64,000 nucleotides of DNA, taken from Trueperaceae bacterium (lineage in GTDB: Bacteria > Deinococcota > Deinococci > Deinococcales > Trueperaceae). How positions within the stretch are numbered: position 1 is the first letter of the stretch; each line of letters begins with the position of its first letter. Below, piece after piece: positions 1 through 10,351 of this stretch. The notes below the pieces were generated by a model. That model was not told the origin of the DNA and ran no database searches. It was given only the letters and a program-made list of their open reading frames with translations. The stretch is from NCBI GenBank assembly GCA_035703635.1, contig DASSXV010000075.1:1-64000 (forward strand). Reading direction: 5' to 3'. Position numbers and translations under genes: made by a program.

Positions 1-1
1 C

Positions 2-679
2 CCGAGCCAACTCTCGGGCGGTCAGCAGCAGCGCGTTGCCCTCGCCCGCTGCATCGTCATGCAGCCCAAGCTCCTCCTGTTCGACGAGCCGCTCTCCAAC
101 CTCGACGCCAAGCTGCGCGAGCAGATGCGCGTCGAGATCCGCGACCTGCAGCAGCGCCTCGGCATAACGAGCGTCTACGTGACACACGATCAGATCGAGG
201 CCATGGCCATGTCTGACGTGGTGGTGGTCATGAACTCCGGCCGCGTCGAGCAGGTAGGCAGGCCGCGCGAGATCTACGCGCGGCCAGTGTCGCGCTTCGT
301 CGCCGACTTCATCGGCGACGCCAACTTCCTGCCCGGCGTCCTACTCGACGCGCGCACCGTGCGCATAGCCGGGGCGACCCTCACGCTGGCCGACCCCCTC
401 CAGGAGCAGCCGGGCGCGAGCGTGGTCGTCGTGGCGCGTCCGGAGGCCATGAACCTGGCGCGCGCCGCCGACCAGGAAGCGCGCCAAGCCGACACCCTAG
501 CTGGCACCGTGGTCCGCACGTCGTTCCTCGGCACGATCGCCCGTTACATGGTGACCGTCGAAGGGCTGCCCGACCTGCAGGTGGACGTGGCCAGCCCCGC
601 CGAGGCGGGCTTGCTGGCGCCGGGCACGCGGGTGACGCTGGCGCCAGGCGCGTTGCATGCGTTGGCGGGGGAGGGGTAG
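2..679 (+). CDS. ABC transporter ATP-binding protein (PotA/FbpC-like, C-terminal TOBE domain), 5'-truncated by window edge
   Basis: Frame open from base 2: [16 protein letters not shown] (ABC signature), [12 protein letters not shown] (Walker B/D-loop), YVTHDQ (H-loop). Confidence 0.93.
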   Translation, partial: PSQLSGGQQQRVALARCIVMQPKLLLFDEPLSNLDAKLREQMRVEIRDLQQRLGITSVYVTHDQIEAMAMSDVVVVMNSGRVEQVGRPREIYARPVSRFVADFIGDANFLPGVLLDARTVRIAGATLTLADPLQEQPGASVVVVARPEAMNLARAADQEARQADTLAGTVVRTSFLGTIARYMVTVEGLPDLQVDVASPAEAGLLAPGTRVTLAPGALHALAGEG

Positions 680-801
680 GCGGACGCACTCACCAGCGGC
701 ACAAACGACCCATGCGCTAGCGCCAAGTCCCGGCGTAACCTGAATATGCGGCGGCACACTAGCCGCGCCTGACGTCAACCTTCGTGTGTTAGGGGGTCGA
801 G

Positions 802-1530
802 TTGCTACGCGAAGCGCTACATGGCAGGTTGGCCTTCCTTGCCTACTACGTCATCATGGTCGTGTTGCTCTTCACGGTCAGGCGCATGTTCCGTTTGTCC
901 GGCGAACTTTTCCGCAAACTCTTCCACATCAGCGTGGCAGCCTCGGTCTTCGTGCTCCTGCACATGTTCCAGACCTGGTACCTGGCCGCGCTCGCCGCCC
1001 TCGGCTTCGGGGTGGTCGTCTACTTCGTCATGGGGTTCGCTGAGCGCTACCCCTCCATCATGAGGGCGCTCGAGGAGCGCAAGCCGGGAGAGGTGCGCTC
1101 GAGCCTGCTACTGATGTTCTTCACGATCGCGGCACTCATCGCCCTCGGCTGGGGTTGGCTCGGCCCAACATCAAAGTACATGGTCATCGTGCCCATCATG
1201 GCGTGGGGCTTCGGTGACGCCGCGGCGGCCCTCGTCGGCAAACGCTGGGGCCGGCGCCACCTCCGGGGCCGCTGGGTCGATAACAAGAAGACGGTGGAGG
1301 GCACCTGGGCCATGTTCGCGTTCGCGGCGGCCGCCATCCTCGTCACGCTCATCGGCTCCACGGCGTGGCCGTGGTACGTCGACCTAGCCGTGGCCGTGCT
1401 CGTCGCCCCGGTAGCTGCCTTCACAGAACTCGTCACGCGTGATGGGCTCGACACCATCACCGTGCCGTTCGCCACCTTCGCGGCGCTGCTGGTCGTAACG
1501 CAGACCCTCGCACTGATGGGCGTCTTGTGA
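802..1530 (+). CDS. Dolichol/phytol kinase-like (CTP_transf_1 superfamily) membrane protein
   Basis: Motifs RKLFH, GDAAAALVGKRWG, KKTVEG, ELVTRDGLDTITVP; multiple TM segments. Confidence 0.8.
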   Translation: MLREALHGRLAFLAYYVIMVVLLFTVRRMFRLSGELFRKLFHISVAASVFVLLHMFQTWYLAALAALGFGVVVYFVMGFAERYPSIMRALEERKPGEVRSSLLLMFFTIAALIALGWGWLGPTSKYMVIVPIMAWGFGDAAAALVGKRWGRRHLRGRWVDNKKTVEGTWAMFAFAAAAILVTLIGSTAWPWYVDLAVAVLVAPVAAFTELVTRDGLDTITVPFATFAALLVVTQTLALMGVL

Positions 1531-2195
1531 GCGGCGGTCGTAGCACTATGGAAGAGTCACGCCCGACTCCGTTGGATGCAGATGCGCACTCTGCGAAGAG
1601 CGAGCGAACGCTCCTAGTGTCATGGCTTCTTAGCGCACCAGGGCCGGTGGTAACGGCCGTCGCGGTGGCCATGAGTTCGTCTGCCACGCAGATCGCCGAC
1701 GCCATCCGCCGCACCGTGGAGTTCGGCGCGCTAGTAACCGGCTGGTGGGTTTTCAGGGCCCGTAAGGGCGTTCCCGACGAGACCGCCAAACGCGTGCTCG
1801 AGCGGCGGGCCGAAACGAGCGTTACCGTAGCCATGGCGTGCTCCGGCGTGGCGATGCTCATCGTCGGGGCTTACCGCTTCTTCAAGTACGAGCCAGGCGG
1901 GAACGTCAGCGTCGGCCTGGCAGTAGCGTTCCTTGGCCTCGGCGTCAACGCGACCTTCTGGGCGCGGTACACCCGACTCCTAAGCCACACCCGAGACGCA
2001 GTCATCGCGGCGCAGCGAACGCTCTACCGCGCCAAGACAGTGGTGGACTTGGTCGTCACCGCCGCGCTACTCAGCGTGGCGCTCATCCCGACCCACCCGG
2101 CAACGCACTACATCGATACCTTAGGGTCGTTGGCTGTCGCCGCCTACTTACTGCAGCAGGCATTCGGCACCGCGCGCCCCGCTCCGCTTAGGTAG
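1527..2195 (+). CDS. Short cation diffusion facilitator-like membrane protein lacking the cytoplasmic C-terminal domain
   Basis: ~6 TM helices, SSSATQIAD motif, IDTLGS in last helix; GTGA overlap with upstream gene (alternative ATG at 1548). Confidence 0.6.
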   Translation: MSGGRSTMEESRPTPLDADAHSAKSERTLLVSWLLSAPGPVVTAVAVAMSSSATQIADAIRRTVEFGALVTGWWVFRARKGVPDETAKRVLERRAETSVTVAMACSGVAMLIVGAYRFFKYEPGGNVSVGLAVAFLGLGVNATFWARYTRLLSHTRDAVIAAQRTLYRAKTVVDLVVTAALLSVALIPTHPATHYIDTLGSLAVAAYLLQQAFGTARPAPLR

Positions 2196-2314
2196 CTCTC
2201 AAGCGATGTTTGAGTTAGGCCACGCCAGCGGCCGCGACCATTGTGCGGCTAACGAGTGTAATCGCGAGCAATCAACGTTGCGAACGCGCCAGTAGTTACC
2301 GGTAGGCTGCAGGC

Positions 2315-3151
2315 ATGCACTCCGAGCCAGTTTCCGGCAGGTTCATCGCCGGCGCGGCCTTGAGGGAGGCCTGGGCCAGGCTGATTGGCGCCAGGCGGAC
2401 GTACCTCTACATGGCTGCTACCGCCGGCATCGTTGCCTGGTTGATTGGGGGCCTGTTGCTTGGCTGGGCGCTGCCGGCGGCCGAGCCACCGACGGTGACT
2501 CTCCCCGACGGCCAGGTTGCGCCACTCTCGCCCGGTTCGAACACGGTAGTCGACCTACCAGGTGGCAGTTCGTGGTTCATCTTCCCAGCCGCGACCGCCT
2601 ACCCGTGGGTGCAGCGCATCGTTTCCGCGGCCATCTCCGCCCTCTTCGCGGGTGCGTTCGCCGCGTACGCGCTGAGACGCGCAAGCGGATTGCCGGTGCG
2701 CTACGCCATGCTGCTGGACTACGTGCGCTTCTTCCGGAAGTTCCTTGTCCTAGCGCTGCTGGCGTTAGGCGCCGCGATGGTGCTGGCGGCCCTCGGGCCA
2801 ATGGTCACCCTGCTAGGAACCCTGGTGGGCACCGTAGCCTTCACTTTCGCTGACCTATTCGTGGTCGACCGCGATGCAGGCGTGTTCGAGGCGTTGCAGG
2901 GAAGCCTGAACATCGTCAGGGACAACCTAGTGCAGACGGCACTGATACTACTGACCGCGGCACTATTGGGCGCACTGCTGAGCGTGCCGTTACTCGTCGC
3001 GAGCGAGTTCCTGCCGAGCGTCCTCGCGGTCGTGGTTGCCCCCGCCATCTGGCTCGCCTCCACTCTGGTGTCTGCATTCATCTCGGTAGCCTTGGCCTGT
3101 GCCTTCCGAGACGCCGTCGGCATACAAACGGCGGGCGAGGCACACCGCTGA
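2315..3151 (+). CDS. Uncharacterised integral membrane protein
   Basis: 278-aa hydrophobic ORF with 'FVVDRDAGVFEALQGSLNIVR' pattern; TAGGCT -10 six nt before the ATG. Confidence 0.7.
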   Translation: MHSEPVSGRFIAGAALREAWARLIGARRTYLYMAATAGIVAWLIGGLLLGWALPAAEPPTVTLPDGQVAPLSPGSNTVVDLPGGSSWFIFPAATAYPWVQRIVSAAISALFAGAFAAYALRRASGLPVRYAMLLDYVRFFRKFLVLALLALGAAMVLAALGPMVTLLGTLVGTVAFTFADLFVVDRDAGVFEALQGSLNIVRDNLVQTALILLTAALLGALLSVPLLVASEFLPSVLAVVVAPAIWLASTLVSAFISVALACAFRDAVGIQTAGEAHR

Positions 3152-3268
3152 GGATCGGCTCTGGCGGCGTTCACTTCGTCCTAGGTGCCGATCGCCCGAC
3201 CTTGCTGCTCCGCCAAGCCGGAGTGGGAGCGCTTCCTGACGCTGTTTTCCAGCGCCTTGGACACAAGC

Positions 3269-4162
3269 CTAATCACTCAGCCCCCCCCACACCCCCCGCA
3301 GGAACTCCAACCCCTCACGTGCGATCGTGTCCTGATCCGGCGCGATTTCCCGCCAGATGCACACGGCCGCCGCTATCGAGGCCACCGCCGGCGTGAACGA
3401 CTCGATGACGATAGATCCTGAGTAGCTGATGTCTTTGAGGGCTCCCAACGCTGAGTGCCAGGCGACTTGGCCGGTACCCGGCACTCCACGGTCGTTCTCG
3501 CACGCATGAAAGTGGAACACCCTCGCGCCCGAAGCGCGAATGGCCGCGGCACTGTCCTTCTCCTCGAGATGCATGTGGAACGTATCAAGATGCAGGCCCA
3601 CGGCGTCGCTGCCAACTTGATCGCAGAGGCGTAGCCCCTGTTCGGCGGTGTTGAGCCTGTCGGTCTCGAAGCGGTTCAGCGTCTCGAGAGCCAACTTCAC
3701 GCCGCGACGTTCAGCTTCTACCCCCAACTCCCGCAAACTGCCGGCAACGCGGTCGAGCTCAGCCCTGCGCTCCGCCGCCGGCAGCGGTCGAGCAAGTCCC
3801 ACCGAGCCGTAGATCGGCCCGCAGATGACTTTGGCATCGAGAGCGACGGCCAAGTCCATGAGCCCGACCACGTAAGCCTTCGTGCGTTCCGCTACCGCCG
3901 AGTCGGCGCTGCCGACATCGCGGCCGGGACCAAACGCTCCGCAAACGACGGAGCGGAGGCCATGATGGTCAAGTTCCTCACGTAGGCTCGCGCCATCGAC
4001 GAGCTCGAGTTCTTCAACCGCGACCTCGAAAACCTCAGCACCCAACCGCGCAGCATGCCCGACCAGGTCGAGGTCGGAAGCCGTAGCGAAGGGAGAGCGC
4101 CAGATGAACGTGTTCACTCCGAAGCGTGCGGGAGCCCCGCTGCCCTTCCCTGGGGGAGTCAC
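3269..4162 (-). CDS. D-tagatose/D-psicose 3-epimerase family sugar epimerase (TIM barrel)
   Basis: Catalytic/metal motifs ETLNRFE, LDTFH, FHACENDRG, IESF. Confidence 0.85.
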   Translation of the reverse strand: MTPPGKGSGAPARFGVNTFIWRSPFATASDLDLVGHAARLGAEVFEVAVEELELVDGASLREELDHHGLRSVVCGAFGPGRDVGSADSAVAERTKAYVVGLMDLAVALDAKVICGPIYGSVGLARPLPAAERRAELDRVAGSLRELGVEAERRGVKLALETLNRFETDRLNTAEQGLRLCDQVGSDAVGLHLDTFHMHLEEKDSAAAIRASGARVFHFHACENDRGVPGTGQVAWHSALGALKDISYSGSIVIESFTPAVASIAAAVCIWREIAPDQDTIAREGLEFLRGVWGGLSD

Positions 4163-5121
4163 GACGGCCTCGCATCCCGTGCCGCGACATCTAGAGCTTC
4201 GAACGTTCGGTCATCGATCGAGATATCGAACACCTCGGCAATCACGCTGGTCCAGCCGTGCAAGAAGTAGACCCAACCGTCCTCGACGTGCAGGCCTCGG
4301 GTTGCCGCTTGCTTGCGGGCTTGGTGCAGGAAGTCAAGCTCGCCACGGTAGTTCAGCTCCCACGCTAGTCCGGCCTGGGGGAAGCGTCCACGGTCGGTTA
4401 TGGGCGACCCGGGGATGTCCTTCCCCATGCCCGTGGCGTTGATGACTACGGAGCCAAGTGGCAGGTGCCCCATGGCCTCGTCATTCTGCTCGGGTTGCTC
4501 ATGAACTAGGTAGCGGAAAACGATGTCGGTCTGGAGCTGAGCATGTACTTCCTTGAGGTGCCCGACTCGGTGGTGTGAGCGGTTCACGATAGTCATGCGC
4601 CCAGGCCGGTCCCCCGGATCACCGAAGGAAGCTAGCGCGACGCTTATCGCTATGGCCGAACCGCCGCCACCGAAGCAGAGAACCTCCGCACCCAAGCGGA
4701 AGTGTCCTGAGGGCACGAAAGCGCGCCACGCGGCCGCCGAACTTATCGGGTCTTTAGCGTGGCCTATCAGGCGGCCTTCTCGTTTCGAGATGCACGACAC
4801 CTCGCCCGTGACCACAGCATGGGGGTCGAGGGAGTCGAACATGTCCCGGCAAGCGACAAGCAGATCGATCTTGTGAGTCGTAACCAACGCTCCCAGTGCT
4901 AGTGGGTCTTGGTGGATGTGCTCGACGATGCGCCGGTATTCGTCCCTGGGCGCCCGCAGAGGAACGTCGAACCCCCTGATCTCGGCGTCAAGACCTAGGA
5001 TTTCGGCCCAACGCGGGAACACGTTCATGATGGATGATCTGCCCGTCGTGACGCCGATGAAGTAGAGCGTTGGTCGGTTGCAGGCGGGGATAGTAGCCAT
5101 TGTCACCCTTCTACGAGTCAT
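4159..5121 (-). CDS. Shikimate dehydrogenase-like NAD(P)-dependent oxidoreductase
   Basis: GALVTTHK (catalytic Lys position), HAKD, GGGGSA Rossmann loop, INATGMG, ELNY, DGWVYF. Confidence 0.75.
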   Translation of the reverse strand: MTRRRVTMATIPACNRPTLYFIGVTTGRSSIMNVFPRWAEILGLDAEIRGFDVPLRAPRDEYRRIVEHIHQDPLALGALVTTHKIDLLVACRDMFDSLDPHAVVTGEVSCISKREGRLIGHAKDPISSAAAWRAFVPSGHFRLGAEVLCFGGGGSAIAISVALASFGDPGDRPGRMTIVNRSHHRVGHLKEVHAQLQTDIVFRYLVHEQPEQNDEAMGHLPLGSVVINATGMGKDIPGSPITDRGRFPQAGLAWELNYRGELDFLHQARKQAATRGLHVEDGWVYFLHGWTSVIAEVFDISIDDRTFEALDVAARDARPS

Positions 5122-6104
5122 CGGGCTAGCCTCCGGACCACGTTCGCCCCGAGGATCCCGCTCCTGACGGACACTTCAGAGACTTCAAGTTCCACGCGAG
5201 TCGCGACGTTGGTAACGAACTCGGAGGGTCCGCCGCACGGGGAGCGCCACAGATCGGCGCCTGCGAGGTCCAGACCTAGCGCCACGTAATCTTCGAAGCC
5301 GAGCTCCAGCATCTTCAACAGGAGCGGCCACACGTGCTTGTCCGGCTCATACTTCGCCCTCAGGAAGGTGTCGTAGCCGAGTAAGACCCCGGACTGAGCG
5401 AGTTCTCGGTGCAGGCCGATGTCGGGACGCTTATCCATGTGGCACAAGTACACGCGACGAGTATCGATGCCCTGGTCGACCAGCCAAGCAAGGAGCTCGG
5501 TGACGCCAGCCCCACGCTCCGTGTGGACCAGCAGGCACGCGTCCGTACGCCGCTGCGCCTCCGTTGCGGCCTCCCACATGGCCAGGTCGTCGAAGGTAGT
5601 GCCTGAGTGAGCAGCCTTGATCGCTGCTGCTCGCTGCGTTGGCATTTCTGTCAGTCCTAACTCGATCTCGCGCTCGAACAGGTCGGCCGCGGCAGCCTCA
5701 TCTCCCCAGGGGCGCTTCCCGTCAGGGTAATAGCGCGCGAGGTGAAAGCCCGTCACGCACGCGATGGCAACTCCGGAGCGCTGGCTCAGTTCGGCCAGGC
5801 GTCGAGCGTCCCTGCCGGCGAAAGGAGGCTGGCAATCGACGAGCCCAACTCGCCGGTCGTCCAGGGGATCCACGACCCCTGAGGTGGGGTGGCCCCACCA
5901 CTTCGACGCTGCCTTGGCGAAGTCCTTCAGTGATGCGGCCTGCAGTTCTACGTCTGAGAGATCTATGGCGTGGTCGGGCGCCGTGCCTGGTTGTGGGGCG
6001 ATCCATGCGTGTTCGTGCCCGTCGACCAGGTTACTGGCGGCGACCTGAATCGGGGCGCCGAATACGGTCGGAACGCGTCCTGGATTGAGGGCGGGTTCAG
6101 CCAC
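5118..6104 (-). CDS. Phosphotriesterase-family amidohydrolase (possible sugar lactonase)
   Basis: DGHEH, TGFH, AAIKAA (carbamylated Lys position), LVHTE, LCHMD, GLD; start placed at GTG 6104 overlapping the upstream stop. Confidence 0.8.
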   Translation of the reverse strand: MAEPALNPGRVPTVFGAPIQVAASNLVDGHEHAWIAPQPGTAPDHAIDLSDVELQAASLKDFAKAASKWWGHPTSGVVDPLDDRRVGLVDCQPPFAGRDARRLAELSQRSGVAIACVTGFHLARYYPDGKRPWGDEAAAADLFEREIELGLTEMPTQRAAAIKAAHSGTTFDDLAMWEAATEAQRRTDACLLVHTERGAGVTELLAWLVDQGIDTRRVYLCHMDKRPDIGLHRELAQSGVLLGYDTFLRAKYEPDKHVWPLLLKMLELGFEDYVALGLDLAGADLWRSPCGGPSEFVTNVATRVELEVSEVSVRSGILGANVVRRLAR

Positions 6105-6687
6105 GACCCGGCATCTCGCGGTACCGAGGATTTCGGACCAGCTCCGGTCCATTCGAGCCCGCCACGACGATCTGCGCGAAGCCGCCTTCAGCGATCGGTC
6201 CATACCTGTAACCTGCGTCGGCTGGGTAGGCGGCCAAGAACACCAGGTTGTCCGTGCCGACATTGATGCTTCTATGCCCCCAGTAGGGCGGCACGTAACA
6301 GGCGGAGCCAGCTCGCATCGGCTGGACGTTGATCCGACCCTCGGGAGTCTGCATGAGGAGCAGTCCCTCACCCGCCAGCCCGTAGTAGAGCTCCGATCGA
6401 TCAGCCCTGGCGTGATAGTGACCTTTGGTCATGAAGTATTCGTTGCCGACCACTCCGGGCCGCAGCACTGTGGTGGAGAACAGAAGATGGCCATCCTCCC
6501 TGGGGATGTCGGCCGCTTCGAACACTTCGTAAAGCAGAGGGTCATCGGTCAGTAGTGCCGCCTCAGCTGTTGCGTCATTGAAGAGTCCCTTGAGATCGCT
6601 CAAGTGGCGGCTCTGCACCGCGTGGGCGGTTGGGATGGTGCCGTCCTTCAGGTCGACGAAGCGGGTCAAAGGCTCGAAATAGTCCAC
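6097..6687 (-). CDS. Cupin-type (archaeal-like) glucose-6-phosphate isomerase family protein
   Basis: EYFMTKGHYH, ELYYGLAGEG, YVPPYWGHRSINVG, YPADAGYRY; AAGGAGG RBS before GTG. Confidence 0.88.
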   Translation of the reverse strand: MDYFEPLTRFVDLKDGTIPTAHAVQSRHLSDLKGLFNDATAEAALLTDDPLLYEVFEAADIPREDGHLLFSTTVLRPGVVGNEYFMTKGHYHARADRSELYYGLAGEGLLLMQTPEGRINVQPMRAGSACYVPPYWGHRSINVGTDNLVFLAAYPADAGYRYGPIAEGGFAQIVVAGSNGPELVRNPRYREMPGRG

Positions 6688-6754
6688 TAGGCCCTCCTTG
6701 GCTCTGTCCGGCTCGCCGGACGGTGTTCACGTCGAATCGGGGAGTCGTTAGGGA

Positions 6755-7726
6755 TCAACTTCCACCGGTTCTCAGCGCGACTACGTTGGCGCCTTCCTCG
6801 CCCGCGAGCACCTTCAGGGCGTTGCGAGAGGCTGCTTCTGCCATCCGTAGGGCCGACTCAAGCGTGGCGGCACCCAGGTGAGGCGTGGCAATGAAGTTCG
6901 GCAGGCTCAGGAAGGGTGCCCCGGCCGGGGGCTCGTTCTCGAAGGCGTCGCACGCAGCGCCGGCAAGTCGCCCGTCCTCTAGCGCCCTAGCCAGCGCGCT
7001 CTCGTCAATGAGCCCGCCCCTAGCGGTGTTTATCACGACGGTACCCGGCAGCATCTTGTCGAACGCGCTGCTGTCAAGGAGGTGGTGATTCGCGGCGGTC
7101 AAGGGTGCATGCAGACTGATGATGTTGCTCGTTTCAAGTAGCGCATCAAGCGTTACCAGCCTGATCGCGGCATGTTCGGATATGAACGGGTCGTAAGCTT
7201 GCACGTTCATCCCGAAGGCGATCGCTCGGGACGCCACCGCGCGCCCGATCTGACCAAGGCCGATGAGGCCAAGGGTGCGGCCGTGGAGCTCCCAGCCCAT
7301 CAGGTGTGGCCATCCGCCGCTCTTCACTTCGGCGTTCGCTTCTGTTAAGCGCCTAGACAACGAAAGGATCAGCCCGAACACCAACTCCGCCACACCGATG
7401 GTGTTGGCCCCTGGCGTGTTGGTGACAACTACGCCGTGCCGGGCTGCGGCCGCCAGATCGACCGCGTCAACGCCGACTCCCTGTCGAGCAACTACTTTGA
7501 GACGGGGCGCCCTTGCGAAGACGCTCGCGTCGCAGATGTCCAAACCCAGGATGAGCGCGTCAGCGTCGGCAGCCAACTCACTGAGTTCGTCCGGCCCCAT
7601 CGGCGTGGGGCGCGCATGCAGGAGCAACTCATAGCCTGCGTCGGTAATCAGGCGCTTATGCAAGCCCTCGTAACGGCAGAAGCTCCGCGCGGTTGCAACC
7701 ACCTTGCCCTTTGAAGATCGGTTCAT
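6755..7726 (-). CDS. D-isomer-specific 2-hydroxyacid (phosphoglycerate dehydrogenase-like) dehydrogenase
   Basis: GVGVDAVD, TPGAN, GLIGLGQIG, SLHAPL, INTARG, DAFENEP, TPHLGA; no ACT domain. Confidence 0.9.
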   Translation of the reverse strand: MNRSSKGKVVATARSFCRYEGLHKRLITDAGYELLLHARPTPMGPDELSELAADADALILGLDICDASVFARAPRLKVVARQGVGVDAVDLAAAARHGVVVTNTPGANTIGVAELVFGLILSLSRRLTEANAEVKSGGWPHLMGWELHGRTLGLIGLGQIGRAVASRAIAFGMNVQAYDPFISEHAAIRLVTLDALLETSNIISLHAPLTAANHHLLDSSAFDKMLPGTVVINTARGGLIDESALARALEDGRLAGAACDAFENEPPAGAPFLSLPNFIATPHLGAATLESALRMAEAASRNALKVLAGEEGANVVALRTGGS

Positions 7727-9255
7727 GACGCCGTACCTGTTCCGCGCTCACCGAGGTGCCCTGCGATATCGAGCAGGTGCGCGTACTCGTCGACCGCGCC
7801 GTCATATGGATTCGAATCCGGGTCTGAGGGCTCGTAGCCCGTCATCAGGTCGTTGAAACGGTCGGCGCTCGCGGCCATGTCCTCGATCAGCCCCACGGCC
7901 CGCCCGGCTATCAAGGCGCTGCCCAAGGCTCCGCCCTCTTGCCGTGCCAGCGGGCGGTAGCTCACGCCCATCACATCGGCTTTGAGACGCCCCCAGAGCG
8001 CGGAACCGCTACCTCCGCCTACCCCGCGGACCACGACCTCGCCAAGTCCGGGGTGAAGCGCCCGAACTTGCCTCAGGTACAAGGCGTACTCGTAAGCGAC
8101 GGACTCCAGCATCGCTCGATATACGTGGGCGCGCTCATGGCTCCAGGTGAACCCGGCAAGGAGCCCACGTTGGCGCGGATCGTTCGGCGTTACGCGCCCA
8201 CCCAGGTGAGGTGCGAACCTCACGCCTGCAGCGCGGGGCGGCACCGAAGCCGCTGCGGCCTCCAGCTCGGCGAATGCCTCATCTGGACTCAGGTGTGCCA
8301 AGTCGCGCGCGAACGTGGTGCGGAACCAGTCGAGGTTCAGCCCCCCGCCCTGTACGTACGCCAATGAGTAGTAGCTATCGGGGAGCACCGCTCGGGCCGT
8401 GAAGAGGGTGGCGCCGTTATCGGGAACGAAGCTGGGGACGCTCGCTGCAAGGACGGATGCGCTCCCCGCCACATCGAGGGCATCCCCCGGCCGCACAACG
8501 CCTGCCCCTAACAGACCGGCGGCGGTGTCCCCACAGCCGGCGGCAACGGGCGTGCCTACGCGTAACCCCGTTGCCGCCGAAGCCTCCCGGCACACTTCCC
8601 CGATGGTTTCCCATGGTTGCACGATGCGCGGCAACAGCCTCTCGGGGACTTCGAAAGTGGCGATCAGTTCCTCCGACCAGCGCTCGTTCCTTGTATCCGC
8701 CAGGCACGAGAAGTGGAGGTAGGTGGGGTCGATGAAGGCGTTCGCGCCGTCGATGCCGGACAGGCGCCCAGCCAGGTACGAGGCGGGCATCACCATTGCG
8801 GCAGCACGCGTAAGCTCAGCTGTACGGTGTTCAAGCCACCACAGGAGCTTGGGGCCGTGCGAATAAGTCGGGAAACCTCCAGTGAAAGAGATGATCCGGT
8901 CGGCTTCGGTCCTCATGGCGGCCACCTGTGGTTCGCAACGTGTGTCCAGCCAGGAATCGTAGGGTCCGATAGCAGCCCCGGCGGCGTCAACGAACATGAC
9001 GCCTGCCATCTGACCGTCGACAGACAGGGCGGCCACGTCGTTGCCACTGGCACGCGCTTGCCGCAGGGCGCCGCGAATGGCAGCGTGCAGCTCCTCTTCC
9101 ATCTCCCCTGGGTACTGTTCGACGGTCGCGTCACCTCGTCGATGGAGGCGCGACTTGACGGTGGCTTCCCCATGAAGTTCGCCGGCAACGTCGTAAAGCG
9201 CTGCCTTCGTACCGCCGGTTCCAACGTCGAGGCCAAGCAGCAACTTGGTGCTCAC
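7723..9255 (-). CDS. FGGY-family carbohydrate kinase (xylulokinase-like)
   Basis: GLDVGTGGTKA, DGQMAG, SWLDTR, GCGDT, VGGGSGS, LKAD. Confidence 0.9.
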   Translation of the reverse strand: MSTKLLLGLDVGTGGTKAALYDVAGELHGEATVKSRLHRRGDATVEQYPGEMEEELHAAIRGALRQARASGNDVAALSVDGQMAGVMFVDAAGAAIGPYDSWLDTRCEPQVAAMRTEADRIISFTGGFPTYSHGPKLLWWLEHRTAELTRAAAMVMPASYLAGRLSGIDGANAFIDPTYLHFSCLADTRNERWSEELIATFEVPERLLPRIVQPWETIGEVCREASAATGLRVGTPVAAGCGDTAAGLLGAGVVRPGDALDVAGSASVLAASVPSFVPDNGATLFTARAVLPDSYYSLAYVQGGGLNLDWFRTTFARDLAHLSPDEAFAELEAAAASVPPRAAGVRFAPHLGGRVTPNDPRQRGLLAGFTWSHERAHVYRAMLESVAYEYALYLRQVRALHPGLGEVVVRGVGGGSGSALWGRLKADVMGVSYRPLARQEGGALGSALIAGRAVGLIEDMAASADRFNDLMTGYEPSDPDSNPYDGAVDEYAHLLDIAGHLGERGTGTAS

Positions 9256-9316
9256 GTGCGACCCTCGACATGACGGCGAACAATTGCGACGCGCGAGCTG
9301 GCTTCCGACGATCCGT

Positions 9317-10351
9317 TCACGGCGCTACCAGAACCACTCGCGCTTGGTCGACCGAACCGGCGGCCTCGAATGCGTCCAAAGCCTCATCAAGCTGGAACGT
9401 GCTGCTTATCAACCCCTCGGTGACAAGTCGGCCTTCCTCTAGGAGTTCGATGGTCTTGCGGAGCGAAGAGAGCGAAGCGCCCGTCGTGCCGAGTATCGAC
9501 TGGTTCCGGTAGTGGACGAGGTTGCCATCGAACGCCAAAGTCGACTCCGTCTTCGGCAGGCCCGCGAACAAGTTCAACCGACCGCCGACGGCCAAGTGAC
9601 CCTGTGAGCGAGTCACCGCCAGTGATTGACCGATCGTCACGACGATCACGTCGAAACCGTCGCCGCCATGAGCGTCAGATAACGACAGCTCGAGGTGTGG
9701 ATCGGCATCATCCAGGCACACGTCGGCGCCTAACGCAGCTGCGTGGCGCAGGCGCGCTTGGTGGCGGCCAACGAGCGTTACCTTGCCGGCTCCCAACGCC
9801 TTGGCGAGTGGGACGTGCAGGCGCCCCATCACCCCGTCACCGATGATCAGGACTGATTCGCCCGGCCCTAGCTGGCAAGCGGCTAGGCTCTCGACGGCGC
9901 ACCCGATAGGCTCAACTAGGGTGGCTTGCGCCGTGTCCAACGTGTCGGGCAGGTTGAGGAGGTGTCCGGCCGCCACCGCACGTTCAGGCACGAGCAGGTA
10001 CTCCGCCATGCCGCCGTCGACGTGAATGCCGAACGCCTCGTGCTCCAGGCAGTAGTTCGACTGCCCGCGCTTACAGGCGCGGCAATGACCGCAACCGACG
10101 TTCGGGGCGACGACAACGCGGCGTGAACCGTTGGCGATGCCCACGATCTCGTGACCAAGCGTCAAGGGTTCGCCGCTAGCGGACCCGCGTGCGGCGATCT
10201 TACGGTCGGTGGCGCATATCCCGGCGGCCGCTATCCGCAATAGAACGTCGCCGTCTTGCGGCACGGGGATCGGGACACGCTCGACCCTCAGGTCGTCGGG
10301 CCCGTGTGCCCTGGTTGCCAGCATCAACGGTGCCGTTCGCGGCTTCGTCAT
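9317..10351 (-). CDS. Zinc-dependent polyol (sorbitol/iditol-type) dehydrogenase
   Basis: GICATD, LGHE, CGHCRACKRGQSNYC, EPIG, GDGVMG. Confidence 0.9.
   Translation of the reverse strand: MTKPRTAPLMLATRAHGPDDLRVERVPIPVPQDGDVLLRIAAAGICATDRKIAARGSASGEPLTLGHEIVGIANGSRRVVVAPNVGCGHCRACKRGQSNYCLEHEAFGIHVDGGMAEYLLVPERAVAAGHLLNLPDTLDTAQATLVEPIGCAVESLAACQLGPGESVLIIGDGVMGRLHVPLAKALGAGKVTLVGRHQARLRHAAALGADVCLDDADPHLELSLSDAHGGDGFDVIVVTIGQSLAVTRSQGHLAVGGRLNLFAGLPKTESTLAFDGNLVHYRNQSILGTTGASLSSLRKTIELLEEGRLVTEGLISSTFQLDEALDAFEAAGSVDQARVVLVAP

Noticed and set aside
3281-3297. C-rich runs as a phase-variable tract
   Set aside because: They lie in the last codons of the terminal operon gene, so slippage would alter only a few C-terminal residues
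4159-5121. aroE in aromatic amino acid biosynthesis
   Set aside because: Divergent substrate-binding motifs and sugar-catabolic context
6105-6371. N-terminal extension of the PTE-like ORF
   Set aside because: Overlaps the cupin PGI gene; GTG 6104 gives normal translational coupling
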